The notes below the pieces were generated by a model. It searched no databases and was not told the origin of the DNA. It worked only from the letters and a program-made list of their open reading frames with translations. The position numbers and the translations under genes were made by a program. Shown here in pieces: positions 31,492 to 41,800 of a stretch of DNA of 64,000 bases; position 1 is the stretch's first letter, and each line of letters opens with the position of its first letter. Source of the DNA: Nostoc sp. DedSLP01 (GTDB taxonomy: Bacteria; Cyanobacteriota; Cyanobacteriia; Cyanobacteriales; Nostocaceae); the NCBI GenBank assembly GCA_034530875.2, contig JAVRCJ020000017.1, forward strand, positions 1 through 64,000, in the 5' to 3' direction.

Positions 31492-32247
31492 ATGTCTGAT
31501 TCATTTGATGTTTTGTGGTTAAGTGCTAGTTCTGTTTTGCTACGTTTCGATCGCCCATTAGTTCAATATTTATCTAAGTATAAGAGAATTGCCCATTGGG
31601 AATACTTGCAAAGTAAAGATGAAGCTTGTTCGATAGACGAAGCTGCGAACTTGATATCTGAATTTTTGGAATGTTACAATCGCCCAGTGCATTTAGCAGG
31701 TCATGGTATGGCTGGTGCGATTGCTTTAAGCTTTGCGCGGCGATTTCCCGAAAAAGTGCGATCGCTAACCCTACTAGCTGTAGCATCTCAACCTGCTAAT
31801 ACTTGGCACGCTCACTATTACTTTCAAAGACAACTTTTTAGCATCAGCCGCGAACAAATTTTGGCAAGCAGCGTTCGCAGTCTTTTTGGCAATCAACCGC
31901 TTCAAACTACTAAAAAGCTAGTAGCTGCTTTAGATAAAGATTTGGAACAATCTCCTTCGCCACATTCTCTATTTAAGTTGGTTTATTTACCCAAAGGCGG
32001 AGTTTCTATGCCACTAATGATATGTGGTAGCAAGACAGATCCAATTGTCAACTCAACTGCATTGTATGATTGGATGAATTGGTTAAAACCAGAAGATGAC
32101 CTCTGGGAATGTCCAAAAGGCTATCATTTTTTTCACTACTTTTATCCTCAACTGGTTGGCGACCAGATGCTGAATTTTTGGGAACGCCACAATTCGCATT
32201 TGCTGGAAGCATCTGCACTATCTTTTATTACTTCTATAAGTCAGTAA
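31492..32247 (+). CDS. Alpha/beta-hydrolase-fold protein, IsiC-like
   Basis: VHLAGHGMAG and PEKVRSLTLL motifs; directly follows flavodoxin as in isiB-isiC arrangements. Confidence 0.75.
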   Translation: MSDSFDVLWLSASSVLLRFDRPLVQYLSKYKRIAHWEYLQSKDEACSIDEAANLISEFLECYNRPVHLAGHGMAGAIALSFARRFPEKVRSLTLLAVASQPANTWHAHYYFQRQLFSISREQILASSVRSLFGNQPLQTTKKLVAALDKDLEQSPSPHSLFKLVYLPKGGVSMPLMICGSKTDPIVNSTALYDWMNWLKPEDDLWECPKGYHFFHYFYPQLVGDQMLNFWERHNSHLLEASALSFITSISQ

Positions 32248-32277
32248 TTTTGAGGTGCGATCGCATTTGTGAAATTT

Positions 32278-32313
32278 GCGATGGGGTACGTAGCTTGCCG
32301 CAGTAGGCATCGC
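32278..32313. repeat. SDR-like insertion splitting a HIP1 site
   Basis: GCG[atggggtacgtagcttgccgcagtaggc]ATCGC. Confidence 0.55.
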
Positions 32314-32330
32314 TAATTCAAATTTTCCGG

Positions 32331-32609
32331 TCAAGCACTACGACTTAACTTATAGTTAGGAATAGACCGATTGCTAATGACTGCATAGAGAACATCTGGA
32401 TCGAGGTCGGCTCCCGATGGCCATTGGATTGTGCCTACTTCCTGATTTAATTCAACCTGAGCAAAGTATTTTTCGTCTTTCAAAGGTGCAAAAACACCTG
32501 TGAATCTAATCAGCTTACTTATATCAACTATCCCTTCAACTTCGTCTTCAAAACGGATATATAATTGATAATTTTCTCTCGGTTCCACAGCAATAATATC
32601 TTTTAACAT
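32331..32609 (-). CDS. DUF2442 protein (putative antitoxin)
   Basis: YQLYIRFED, GVFAPLKD and WPSGADLDPDVLY motifs. Confidence 0.88.
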   Translation of the reverse strand: MLKDIIAVEPRENYQLYIRFEDEVEGIVDISKLIRFTGVFAPLKDEKYFAQVELNQEVGTIQWPSGADLDPDVLYAVISNRSIPNYKLSRSA

Positions 32610-32615
32610 ATTTTA

Positions 32616-32876
32616 CTACTCCAATGGTAAGACGCTATTGAGGATTTGATTGTCTCTAGCTAATTCCCAGTTGTCCATCAATTCGCTTTGATGTAAAGTT
32701 GCCCATTCTGATATCAGTTTAAAAGCTCTAGAGCTAAGTTTACCTTCTAAAATTTCTAGAGTTTCAATGCTGATAATGGCTTTTTGCTGGTTGTATCTTA
32801 CATGAAAATGTGGGGGCGGATGGTCATTGTAATACATAGTGACGATCATCCCGAAAAAACGACTAATTTCTGGCAT
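32616..32876 (-). CDS. DUF4160 protein (putative toxin)
   Basis: MPEISRFFG...DHPPPHFHV...ELMDNW. Confidence 0.9.
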   Translation of the reverse strand: MPEISRFFGMIVTMYYNDHPPPHFHVRYNQQKAIISIETLEILEGKLSSRAFKLISEWATLHQSELMDNWELARDNQILNSVLPLE

Positions 32877-32983
32877 ACTTTAATTCTCTCCTCAGGATGT
32901 ATAGGAAGGCAATGTGGGTCTGCGCTTTAACTAAGGTCTAATATGGAAGGATCGGGCAATAAAAACTTGCCATTTGGCAAAGT

Positions 32984-33235
32984 TTAGTTAGGAGAGTTTC
33001 TACGAGGCTTCTGATTGTACATTTCCCGCAGCTTTTGAAGATATTCCGGTTCAGTCTCAATTTTGATCCAGATATGGTGTACCAATGCTAGCCTCTGTTT
33101 GTGTTTCTCATTTGGCATTCTGCGGTCAACTCCTTGAGAAAACCAATGATTGACGGTTGTTGTCGAACAGTCACAAATAAAAGCTAGTTCTTCCCGTGAG
33201 ACATTCCACTGTCTGAGAAACTCATTGAGTTCCAT
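32984..33235 (-). CDS. Small helix-turn-helix (XRE-like) protein
   Basis: REELAFICDCSTTTVNHWF HTH motif; start at ATG 33235. Confidence 0.75.
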   Translation of the reverse strand: MELNEFLRQWNVSREELAFICDCSTTTVNHWFSQGVDRRMPNEKHKQRLALVHHIWIKIETEPEYLQKLREMYNQKPRRNSPN

Positions 33236-33305
33236 TTGCCGCTCGTATATGAAGTGTAAATAAGCATTTAACTCATCTAAGTGTACTTTAGTCAATCAAT
33301 ATTGA

Positions 33306-33482
33306 ATTGAGCTTGAAGCTTTAGTTGTTAGAAGAAATGATATTGCTCATGGTCAAAAAATGATAATCAAAGATATTCAAGAATATCTAAAATATGAAAA
33401 GGCAGCTGTAGAAGTAATGCATGAATTAGCTGTATCGGTTGTTGAATGTTTAGACAAAAAATTATATTTAAATAGTCCGTAG
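33306..33482 (+). pseudogene. C-terminal remnant of a HEPN-domain nuclease
   Basis: Manual translation IELEALVVRRNDIAHGQKMIIKDIQEYLKYEKAAVEVMHELAVSVVECLDKKLYLNSP*; R-x4-H (RNDIAH) HEPN motif; no start codon ahead of the motif. Confidence 0.65.
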
Positions 33483-33615
33483 ACAAAATCTGAGTGCAAA
33501 TACTCAGTGAGAATAAAAAAATAAAAGAAAGCATAACGAATCATTGTAGATGCGAAAGCTAGCCAAATGTTCTGGACATATCGCATCACTTATTCAATAA
33601 TTTTCAAGATTAATT

Positions 33616-34923
33616 TTAAGGAAATATTGCCAACTCAGTTTCGGGGTCAAAAAAGTGAATTTTCTCTTGATTGAAAGACAACCAAAGTTGTTCGCCAACT
33701 TTCACAAATCGCTCTGGTGGTATTCGCACTTGTAGATAATTGTTTGTAGAGTTAGGTTGTAAACCAAGTTCGGCAATCCTCACGGAGATAAAAGAATCGT
33801 TACCTAAATTCTCTACTAAATCCACTTGCACAGGGAGGTTTTTAGTAGCAGGTAGACTCAAATTTAAGTGTTCTGGACGAATACCTAAAATTAAAGTTCT
33901 CCCATCATATTGCTGTAAAGCTTTTGCCCAAATCTCTGGAAGTGTGAAACGAAAATGCGAATGAGTAATTAATAGGGGGGCATGAAATTTTACAGTAATA
34001 AAATTCATCGGTGGCGAACCAATGAACTCTGCAACAAAAAGGTTGGCAGGATGATTGTAAATTTCTAATGGAGAAGCGACTTGCTGAATTTTACCCTCAG
34101 ACATAATCGCAATCCGATCGCCCATTGTCATCGCTTCGGTTTGGTCGTGAGTGACGTAAATCGTCGTTGTCCCCAATTGACGCTGCAATTTCACAATTTG
34201 GGCGCGAGTTTCCGCCCGCAGTTTGGCATCTAAGTTAGAAAGCGGTTCATCCATTAAGAATACTTGGGGATTGCGAGCGATCGCTCTTCCTAATGCAACT
34301 CGTTGTCTTTGTCCCCCAGATAGCTGTTTGGGTAAGCGATTCAGCAATGTTTCGATTTGTAAAAGTTGAGCAACACTACGTACCTGCTCGTCCACAGCCC
34401 GTTCTTTGTCAGAAATATAACGGATTCCTTTAGGTAATTTTTTTGTCGCCCCTACCAGGAGATTTTCAACAAAATTGGGGAGTCGGGAGTGGGGAGTGGG
34501 GAGGTGATTTTCTCCATTCCCTAATTGCCGACGACGTAAGCCAAAGGCAATGTTGTCATACACCGTCATGTGGGGATAGAGGGCGTAATTTTGGAACACC
34601 ATTGCGATATCGCGTTCTTTGGGCGGTAAGTCATTTATCAAGCGATCGCCTACCCAAATATTACCTCCAGTCATCACCTCCAAACCAGCGATTAACCGCA
34701 GCAACGTGCTTTTGCCACAACCAGAAGGGCCTACCAGCACCATAAATTCCCCATCTGCGATTGTCAAGTTAATCCGCCGCAAAACATTGATGGCTTCTGC
34801 ACGTTCTCGCGTTGCATCAGCTTTTTCCCCAGATTGGAGTGGGGACTGAGTTTGTGAGGCTACAGTTTCCCCTTGACGCGGGGAAAAGCTTTTATAAACG
34901 TTTTCTAAAACAACTTCGGCCAC
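33616..34923 (-). CDS. Sugar ABC transporter ATP-binding protein (MalK-like)
   Basis: GPSGCGKS, MVFQNYALYPHM, LSGGQRQR and DEPLSNLDAKLR motifs. Confidence 0.93.
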   Translation of the reverse strand: MAEVVLENVYKSFSPRQGETVASQTQSPLQSGEKADATRERAEAINVLRRINLTIADGEFMVLVGPSGCGKSTLLRLIAGLEVMTGGNIWVGDRLINDLPPKERDIAMVFQNYALYPHMTVYDNIAFGLRRRQLGNGENHLPTPHSRLPNFVENLLVGATKKLPKGIRYISDKERAVDEQVRSVAQLLQIETLLNRLPKQLSGGQRQRVALGRAIARNPQVFLMDEPLSNLDAKLRAETRAQIVKLQRQLGTTTIYVTHDQTEAMTMGDRIAIMSEGKIQQVASPLEIYNHPANLFVAEFIGSPPMNFITVKFHAPLLITHSHFRFTLPEIWAKALQQYDGRTLILGIRPEHLNLSLPATKNLPVQVDLVENLGNDSFISVRIAELGLQPNSTNNYLQVRIPPERFVKVGEQLWLSFNQEKIHFFDPETELAIFP

Positions 34924-35218
34924 AACTAATTATCTGATTGGGAATTGGGCATAGGGCATAGGGCATGAGGCATTGGGTATTAGTTTTTGGCTAATGGCCA
35001 ATGACACTTTAGCGCCCATAATACACGTTCTATCTAAATACGAAAAGTTAAAAAAATAGCTTACACGATAAAAAGCAAACTACCCTGAGTTTTAGGGCTG
35101 TCAAAATAATTCGTAATTGAAAATTCATAATTAGTAGTTACGACCTCTGGGGGCTTGTACCCATTAATTACGAATTACGAATTACGAATTAGTAATTACT
35201 TCGTTAGGAGGTGTTGTT

Positions 35219-36475
35219 ATGACTAGCCATATACCCACTAATTCTTCTCAAGACCCCAATGTTAACCCTGCTCATGACATTGTAGACGTACAAAATACAG
35301 ATTGTTGCATTGTGGGCGGAGGCCCGGCAGGGGTGGTTTTAGCGCTGTTGTTAGCGCGTCAAGGGATTTCTGTGATGCTATTGGAAGCACATAAAGACTT
35401 CGATCGCGATTTTCGTGGCGATACAATTCATCCATCGGTAATGGAAATTATGGAAGAATTGGGACTAAGCGATCGCTTGCTAGAACTTCCCCATACCAAA
35501 ATCCGCCGTCTTAGCATTCAAACTCCTCAAGATGCTGTGACATTGGCCGATTTTAGCCATCTTAAAACCCGCTACCCATACATTACGATGCTTCCTCAGG
35601 TGAAATTTTTGGAATTCATCGCCCAAGAAGCCGAAAAATATCCGAGTTTTCATCTGGTAATGGGTGCGAATGTTCAGGAATTAATTACGGAAAATGGGGC
35701 GGTTCAAGGTGTCCGCTATCGGGGAGGTGGTGGCTGGCATGAAATTAGGGCACTCCTGACGGTTGGTGCTGATGGTCGCCACTCCCGTTTGCGTCAGTTG
35801 GGTGAGTTTGAGTCCGTTGAAACCTCACCGCCAATGGATGTCCTCTGGTTCCGCTTACCCCGTCAGCCAGAAGACCCAGAGGGAGGAATGGGGCGCTTTG
35901 GTCAAGGTCATATCATTGCTATGCTTGACCGTGGTGATGAGTGGCAACTTGCTTATGTTATTCCCAAAGGCGGCTATCAAAAACTACGGGCTGCGGGTTT
36001 AGAGGAATTAAAAAAATCTATTGTCGAAGTGGTGCCAGAATTCCAGGAACGCATTCCAAATTTACATGATTGGTCGCAAGTAGCCTTTCTCTCAGTCGAG
36101 TCCAGCCGCATCAAACAGTGGTATCGTCCAGGGCTTCTACTCATCGGCGATGCCGCCCACATCATGTCTCCAGTTGGCGGAGTTGGCATTAATTACGCAA
36201 TTCAAGATGCTGTAGTGGCAGCAAATGTACTCACCAAACCACTTAAAAGCCGACAAGTACAACTTAGCGATCTGGCAAAAGTACAGCATAAACGGGAGTT
36301 ACCCACACGTATCATTCAAGCATTTCAAACTTTTGTCCAAAAGCGGGTATTTGCCCCCGTTCTCAGTTCAAATCAGACCTTTGTACCTCCTGGGTTTTTG
36401 CGCTTGCCGGTTTTGCGCGACCTCCCAGCAAGGTTAATTGGCTTGGGTCTTTTTCCAGTTCATATCAAAACTTAA
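35219..36475 (+). CDS. FAD-dependent monooxygenase/oxidoreductase
   Basis: GGGPAG, GADGRHS and GDAAHIMSPVGGVGIN motifs. Confidence 0.9.
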   Translation: MTSHIPTNSSQDPNVNPAHDIVDVQNTDCCIVGGGPAGVVLALLLARQGISVMLLEAHKDFDRDFRGDTIHPSVMEIMEELGLSDRLLELPHTKIRRLSIQTPQDAVTLADFSHLKTRYPYITMLPQVKFLEFIAQEAEKYPSFHLVMGANVQELITENGAVQGVRYRGGGGWHEIRALLTVGADGRHSRLRQLGEFESVETSPPMDVLWFRLPRQPEDPEGGMGRFGQGHIIAMLDRGDEWQLAYVIPKGGYQKLRAAGLEELKKSIVEVVPEFQERIPNLHDWSQVAFLSVESSRIKQWYRPGLLLIGDAAHIMSPVGGVGINYAIQDAVVAANVLTKPLKSRQVQLSDLAKVQHKRELPTRIIQAFQTFVQKRVFAPVLSSNQTFVPPGFLRLPVLRDLPARLIGLGLFPVHIKT

Positions 36476-36881
36476 TTTTTGCTGAGAATTTCTGAGATGC
36501 CAGAAATTAATGGTACAATTATACTACTCAAATGCAGAATTCAATGCTCATCCTAGTCAGGCGGAGGTGGCGAACAGTATCTTTAATGCTGTTCAAAGCG
36601 ATCGCTTGGCTTTTATGCTAAAAAGTAAGAATTCACCGATTCAGGAGTCAGAATTCAGAAATCAGAATTAAATTTGTAACTCATGGTAAATAAATCAAAG
36701 CTGAAACACTAAATCAAATTTTGAATTTTCTGGTCTTTGAGATGGCAACTCTTAATTCCCGACAAAGAATTATTCTGAGTCCTGAATTCTGAATTCTGAA
36801 TTCTTCTTCATATTAATTGGCACTATATAGAAAAACCCCCTCTTTTTCAATCGGCACTTTTTGCAGTCAGGAGTAATTTTA

Positions 36882-37451
36882 ATGAACAGCTGCGTTTTAA
36901 TGGCGGAAATTATTAACGAACCGCAACTGCGCTACACAGCAGATAATCTGGGAGTTACAGAAATGCTGGTACAGTTTCCTAATTCCCAGAAACCAGAAGA
37001 TCCGCCAGCGACGCTGAAAGTTGTCGGTTGGGGGAATTTAGCAACAGAAATTCAGCAAAACTATCACCAAGGCGATCGCGTTATTTTAGTGGGACGTTTA
37101 AGTATGAATACTGTAGACCGTCAAGAAGGTTTTAAAGAAAAACGCGCTGAATTAACAGTACAACAAATTCAATCTATTGGGGGTAGTTTTAATACTACAT
37201 CTTTCTCATCAAACGGAAGTTCATCTTTCGCTGAAACTCCCGCGCGACAACCATCACCATCTCGTCCGCAAGAGACAAATATTCACACTTATGAGTCGCA
37301 ACGTCCAGCACCAACACCAGCTAAAAGTCCTGTAAGCGTTACTCCTCCTCCAACCAGTTACGAACCGATATCTGAACCCACAAATTACGAGCGAAACACT
37401 TACCCACCAGTGAAACAAGAAGAACCAGATCCGGATGATATTCCGTTCTAA
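36882..37451 (+). CDS. ssb: Single-stranded DNA-binding protein-like
   Basis: OB-fold N-terminus (PQLRYT, VVGWGNLA, GRL), Pro/Ser-rich linker, acidic tail DPDDIPF. Confidence 0.8.
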   Translation: MNSCVLMAEIINEPQLRYTADNLGVTEMLVQFPNSQKPEDPPATLKVVGWGNLATEIQQNYHQGDRVILVGRLSMNTVDRQEGFKEKRAELTVQQIQSIGGSFNTTSFSSNGSSSFAETPARQPSPSRPQETNIHTYESQRPAPTPAKSPVSVTPPPTSYEPISEPTNYERNTYPPVKQEEPDPDDIPF

Positions 37452-37584
37452 ATTTGCTTGTTTAGGTGTCTTCAATTTGCTAAACATACTTAGCAAAAAA
37501 TATTACGATTACATAACGTCTCAGAAGTAGCCATCCTTAGGGATGTGCTATTTTTTTATCTAGGTTTGCAAAACTTCATGATAA

Positions 37585-38793
37585 ATGACTACACCTGATG
37601 AATTAGTTACCATTTTTGACCGTATCCGCGATGGTATTCAAAACGATGGGGATATTTTGTTACTAAGGCAATGGCTGAAAAATAGTGATGGACACAATGT
37701 TTTACAAGTCGGGAAAAATATTATCAATATTGCTGATGGTAAGGATATTCATATTGGCGATCGCACTTACTATAATACAGATGCTCAAACTATTAAGGCT
37801 GTTATTCAAGAAGTATTTAAAGACTTGATTTCAAGTCTTAATATAGAAAAATTACCTCAAGAAAATTCTGCCCAAGCTAATTTATTAGCTCGAACTAAAA
37901 AGAAAGATTTAGTAACAAAAACTAACTTACAAAATGAAAAAAATCCTACTTCAGGAATCCCAGCTATCACCAAGTTTGAGTTTGAAGTAGTAACTTTAGA
38001 TATTCAAGGAATAGAAACTAAACTTTGCCTGAAGCAAGCTGATTATTTTATAGAAAATCTCCCAGACGATTTTATATTAGAAATGGTTTCTATTGCTGGT
38101 GGTAAATTTCAAATGGGCGCACCTCAAGATGAGCCTGAATCACTTGAAGATGAACGTCCCCAGCACATAGTTACTTTAAAACCCTTTTTTTTGAGTAAAT
38201 ATCCTATTACTCAAGCACAGTGGAGAATTATTGCAAATCTCCCCAAAATTAATCGCCGTCTTGAAGTGGAGCCATCTTGTTTTAAAGGAGATAACTTGCC
38301 CGTAGAAAGAGTTTCTTGGGATGATGCACAAGAGTTTTGTGAGCGGCTTTCACGAGCAACAGGAAGAAAATATCGCTTACTTAGCGAAGCTGAATGGGAA
38401 TATGCTTGTCGCGCTAAAACATCAACACCATTTCATTTTGGCAAAACAATTACACCGAATTTAGCAAAATATTTTGTACAAAATGAAAACATTAATAGTA
38501 TTTCTCCCCAGCAGACAATAGAGGTTGGCAGTTTTCTACCCAATGCCTTTGGAATATATGATATGCATGGATTAGTTTGGGAGTGGTGTGAAGACTGCGA
38601 ACACGAAGACTATCAAGACGCACCATCAGACGGTAGTTCTTGGGTAAATAATGGAAATTCGGAATATAGAATTTTGCGCGGAGGTTCCTGGGATTCTCCT
38701 GCTCATCTGTGTCGTTCTGCATCTCGTTTTTCAGAAATGGCAAGCGTTACTGATAGTAGATTTGGTTTTCGGGTTGTCTGTTCTTCAATATAA
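37585..38793 (+). CDS. EAD10-like N-terminal domain fused to FGE-sulfatase (SUMF1) domain
   Basis: C-terminal EMVSIAGGKFQMG, ERPQH, SEAEWEYACRA, PNAFG and RGGSW motifs; N-terminal IFDRI...DILLLRQWL...NIADGKDIHIGDR. Confidence 0.85.
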   Translation: MTTPDELVTIFDRIRDGIQNDGDILLLRQWLKNSDGHNVLQVGKNIINIADGKDIHIGDRTYYNTDAQTIKAVIQEVFKDLISSLNIEKLPQENSAQANLLARTKKKDLVTKTNLQNEKNPTSGIPAITKFEFEVVTLDIQGIETKLCLKQADYFIENLPDDFILEMVSIAGGKFQMGAPQDEPESLEDERPQHIVTLKPFFLSKYPITQAQWRIIANLPKINRRLEVEPSCFKGDNLPVERVSWDDAQEFCERLSRATGRKYRLLSEAEWEYACRAKTSTPFHFGKTITPNLAKYFVQNENINSISPQQTIEVGSFLPNAFGIYDMHGLVWEWCEDCEHEDYQDAPSDGSSWVNNGNSEYRILRGGSWDSPAHLCRSASRFSEMASVTDSRFGFRVVCSSI

Positions 38794-38803
38794 ATTTAGT
38801 CAA

Positions 38804-41800
38804 TTATGGTGTAATTAATTGAATGATTCTTGCTTTTATGTCTTCGATAGACAATGAATCAGAAACTTGTATACTTGTCTCTCGACGGATTTGAACTTTG
38901 GAATTTATCAATGACCTGCTACACTGCTTTCTATAAGGATGAGAAAGCCAATTCCAACTTCCTACAATAGCAAATTTAGTATCACAGACCAAGATTTTTT
39001 CATTAGTCCCTCTACTTTCTATAAATGTTTTTTTGCCTAAACGATTTAAATATGAACCTGGATACTGACAAAACAATTCCTCCAAATTCTTCTCAATCTC
39101 TACGTCGTTGCCATCGTTTTCTTCACTACTTTTACTACCATAAATAAGTCTAACTTTAACTCCTTTTTCTAAAGCTGAAACAATATCATTTACAAACCGT
39201 TTTGATTCATCATCGCGAATCCAAGGCGTAACAATTGCCAATTCTTCTTCAGCTTGCTCAATAGCGTCTCTAAAAACTTTTAAATGGTCACAATCATAAA
39301 TTAGGGTAGCTCCAGGCTGAGGCTGCGGAATTTCAGCTTCAGATTTGTAATCTAAAATATCTCCATATTCCCGAATGTGTTCAACAAGCTGACGAGTAAG
39401 CTTACCTTTTTCTAACCTGTAAAGGTTCCCAACTAAAATAAACAGTTCTTTGGCTCTCGATACGGCAACATTGAGTAGATTTGGGCGATTGTTAATCCAG
39501 TTAACATTATCTTGTGTTCCACATACTTTTGTAGATAAGATAATGACCTTTTTCTCAGAACCTTGGAAAGTATGAATTGTCCCCACAGATTTTGCATCTA
39601 ATCCAGAGAATTTTTGAGTTAGATATTCTCTCAAAGCCCTAGCATGAACGTTAAAAGGTGAAATAACACCGATATTTTGTAATGAGTAACCTTGCTTTTG
39701 CAAGTGCTGGATTACATCACCCACAGCAGAAACTTCTTCTTCATTAACATTACGGCTAATACTTCCCTCAACATGGTAAGCAACTAAGTTGGAGTTTACT
39801 AAAGAAGTAACTGGTGGTGTTTTTACCTCTAAACCATACTTAGCAATAGCATTACAATATTCAATTATGCTAGGTTGACAGCGGTAATGTTCAATTAAAC
39901 AAATACCTTGACCTTGATCATTATCTTCTCCACTTGCTCCAGCAGCGCGGTGATAAGTAGTCGCGCTATATTCTTCCTCTGGACTGTAACGGTGGTAATC
40001 AATTTCAGTTAATCCTGTGTCAAGAAAGGCTGTTTGGCGGTATTCATCCCGTCTTTGGTTACTGAGAGTTATTACAGGCTCTATTTGTAGGGGGTCACCT
40101 ACAATAATAGCTTTGCGCGATCGCACTAATAATGGAAAAGTCTTGTGCAGGTCAATCATTCCCGCTTCATCTACAATTGTGCGGTCAACACATTCCTCAA
40201 CCCAAGGGAGTATATTTCTGATGGAAAGTAATGTACTTGTAATCACAGGAAAAAATAAACTCACATTTTTAATATGTTCGTTCAGATTTTCTGCCATCTT
40301 CTTTTTATCTTTCCAATTTCCTCCAGCAAGAACATTTGAATATAATTCCAAAGAACCTTTTACCCGCTCTTTATAACACAGTGCTTGCTGAGTCAGAAAT
40401 TTCCGCGATAACTCAAATAGCTCTTGCTGCTGGTTATGAAAATTTTGATGAAAATAAGCATAAAAATCTTCTAGAGGAGTAGCCAACCTATTTTCTAAAA
40501 AAGTTAACTCTCTACTTGCTTTGTCTCTTTGTTGCTCTGTACTCGCTATATCTCCAGAAAGTTCTTTTAATCTGTTTTGTATAGTCTTTAGCTCATCCGC
40601 CTTTGTCAATCGTTCACTAACTAACCATGCTTGTTGAATTAAATCATTGCGAGTTTCAATAACTTTTACAGGAAATATAGTGTTCACAGTGTTTAAGATT
40701 GCTGGTTGGCAAGCTTCGGCCGTTTTTGTCACAATCTGTTTTTCTGTTCTGCCAGAAAACCAAAGTAATATCTTCTTCCACCAAGAGATTTTTCCTTCAG
40801 GTAGCCGCATCTTAGCAGTATTTAGTATTACTTCAAGTTGTCTATAAGCTTCTACTGGAAGTTGGTCATAGTCGGATAATTGTCTTGCTCGTCTCTGAGA
40901 ATTACTTTTAGCAGTTAATATTTCTTCTAAATACTGTTCAAGTGCTTGTATTTTTTCTACAAGTTGAGTAAGTCGTTCTTCATCTAAAGTTCTTTGACGA
41001 CGTTCTTCTAAAAAATTTGACTCTTCAAACTCTAATTCATTTTTAATCTGTTTGATTTTCTGTATTAAAGTATTCAAATAAGTTTGATCGAAACGATTTA
41101 TTTGTAAATAATCAAGCGCTTGCTGTAAATCTTCTAAAGCACCTCCAGGAGATTGGATATTAAATTTACTTCCTCCTTTAAGATAAAGAAAATCATGTTC
41201 TAAGGATTCATCTTTTAACCAATCATCTAGCTTTTCAATAACATTTTCAACTGCTTTATTATTGGTACTACTAATAACGGTTAAATTATTGATGTCTTGG
41301 TTACTTTCAATTAGACGGAGTGCGCGTTGCACTACCTGTTGAGCAATGAGGTGAAGGATGAGGGTAGTTTTCCCAGAACCTGGTGGCCCTTGAACAGCGG
41401 TTATCGGTTCGGTTTGGGCGTGTTTTAATGCTGTTGATTGCGAGTTAGTCGGTACATTGGTTGGGAAAGCACCCATATAAGTAACTTCGTGTTCTGGAAG
41501 TCGAGGTACACCGAACAAATATTCATAAGCTGGATGTTTTGGCTTCAACCAATTTTTTGAGCCTGACTTGATTTCTTTTAAGTCTTGCTTGAGATTCCTA
41601 GAATATATTGCTCCTGTAAACGCAAACAAGTATGGCTGTCGTTGAATTTGGTAGCGCGATCGAGGGATGCTAACGTTTCGCATCCACTCCTCATAAGTCT
41701 GAAATTCTTGCCCAAATGTAGTTTCAAGAAATCGTCGCAGTCCATCTTGGGTAATCAACCGCTCACGTTGTTCGTCATCTAATCCCAGGAAGGTAGCTAG

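Noticed and set aside
33377..33589. 70-aa minus-strand ORF
   Set aside because: Antisense to the HEPN remnant, with no recognisable motif.
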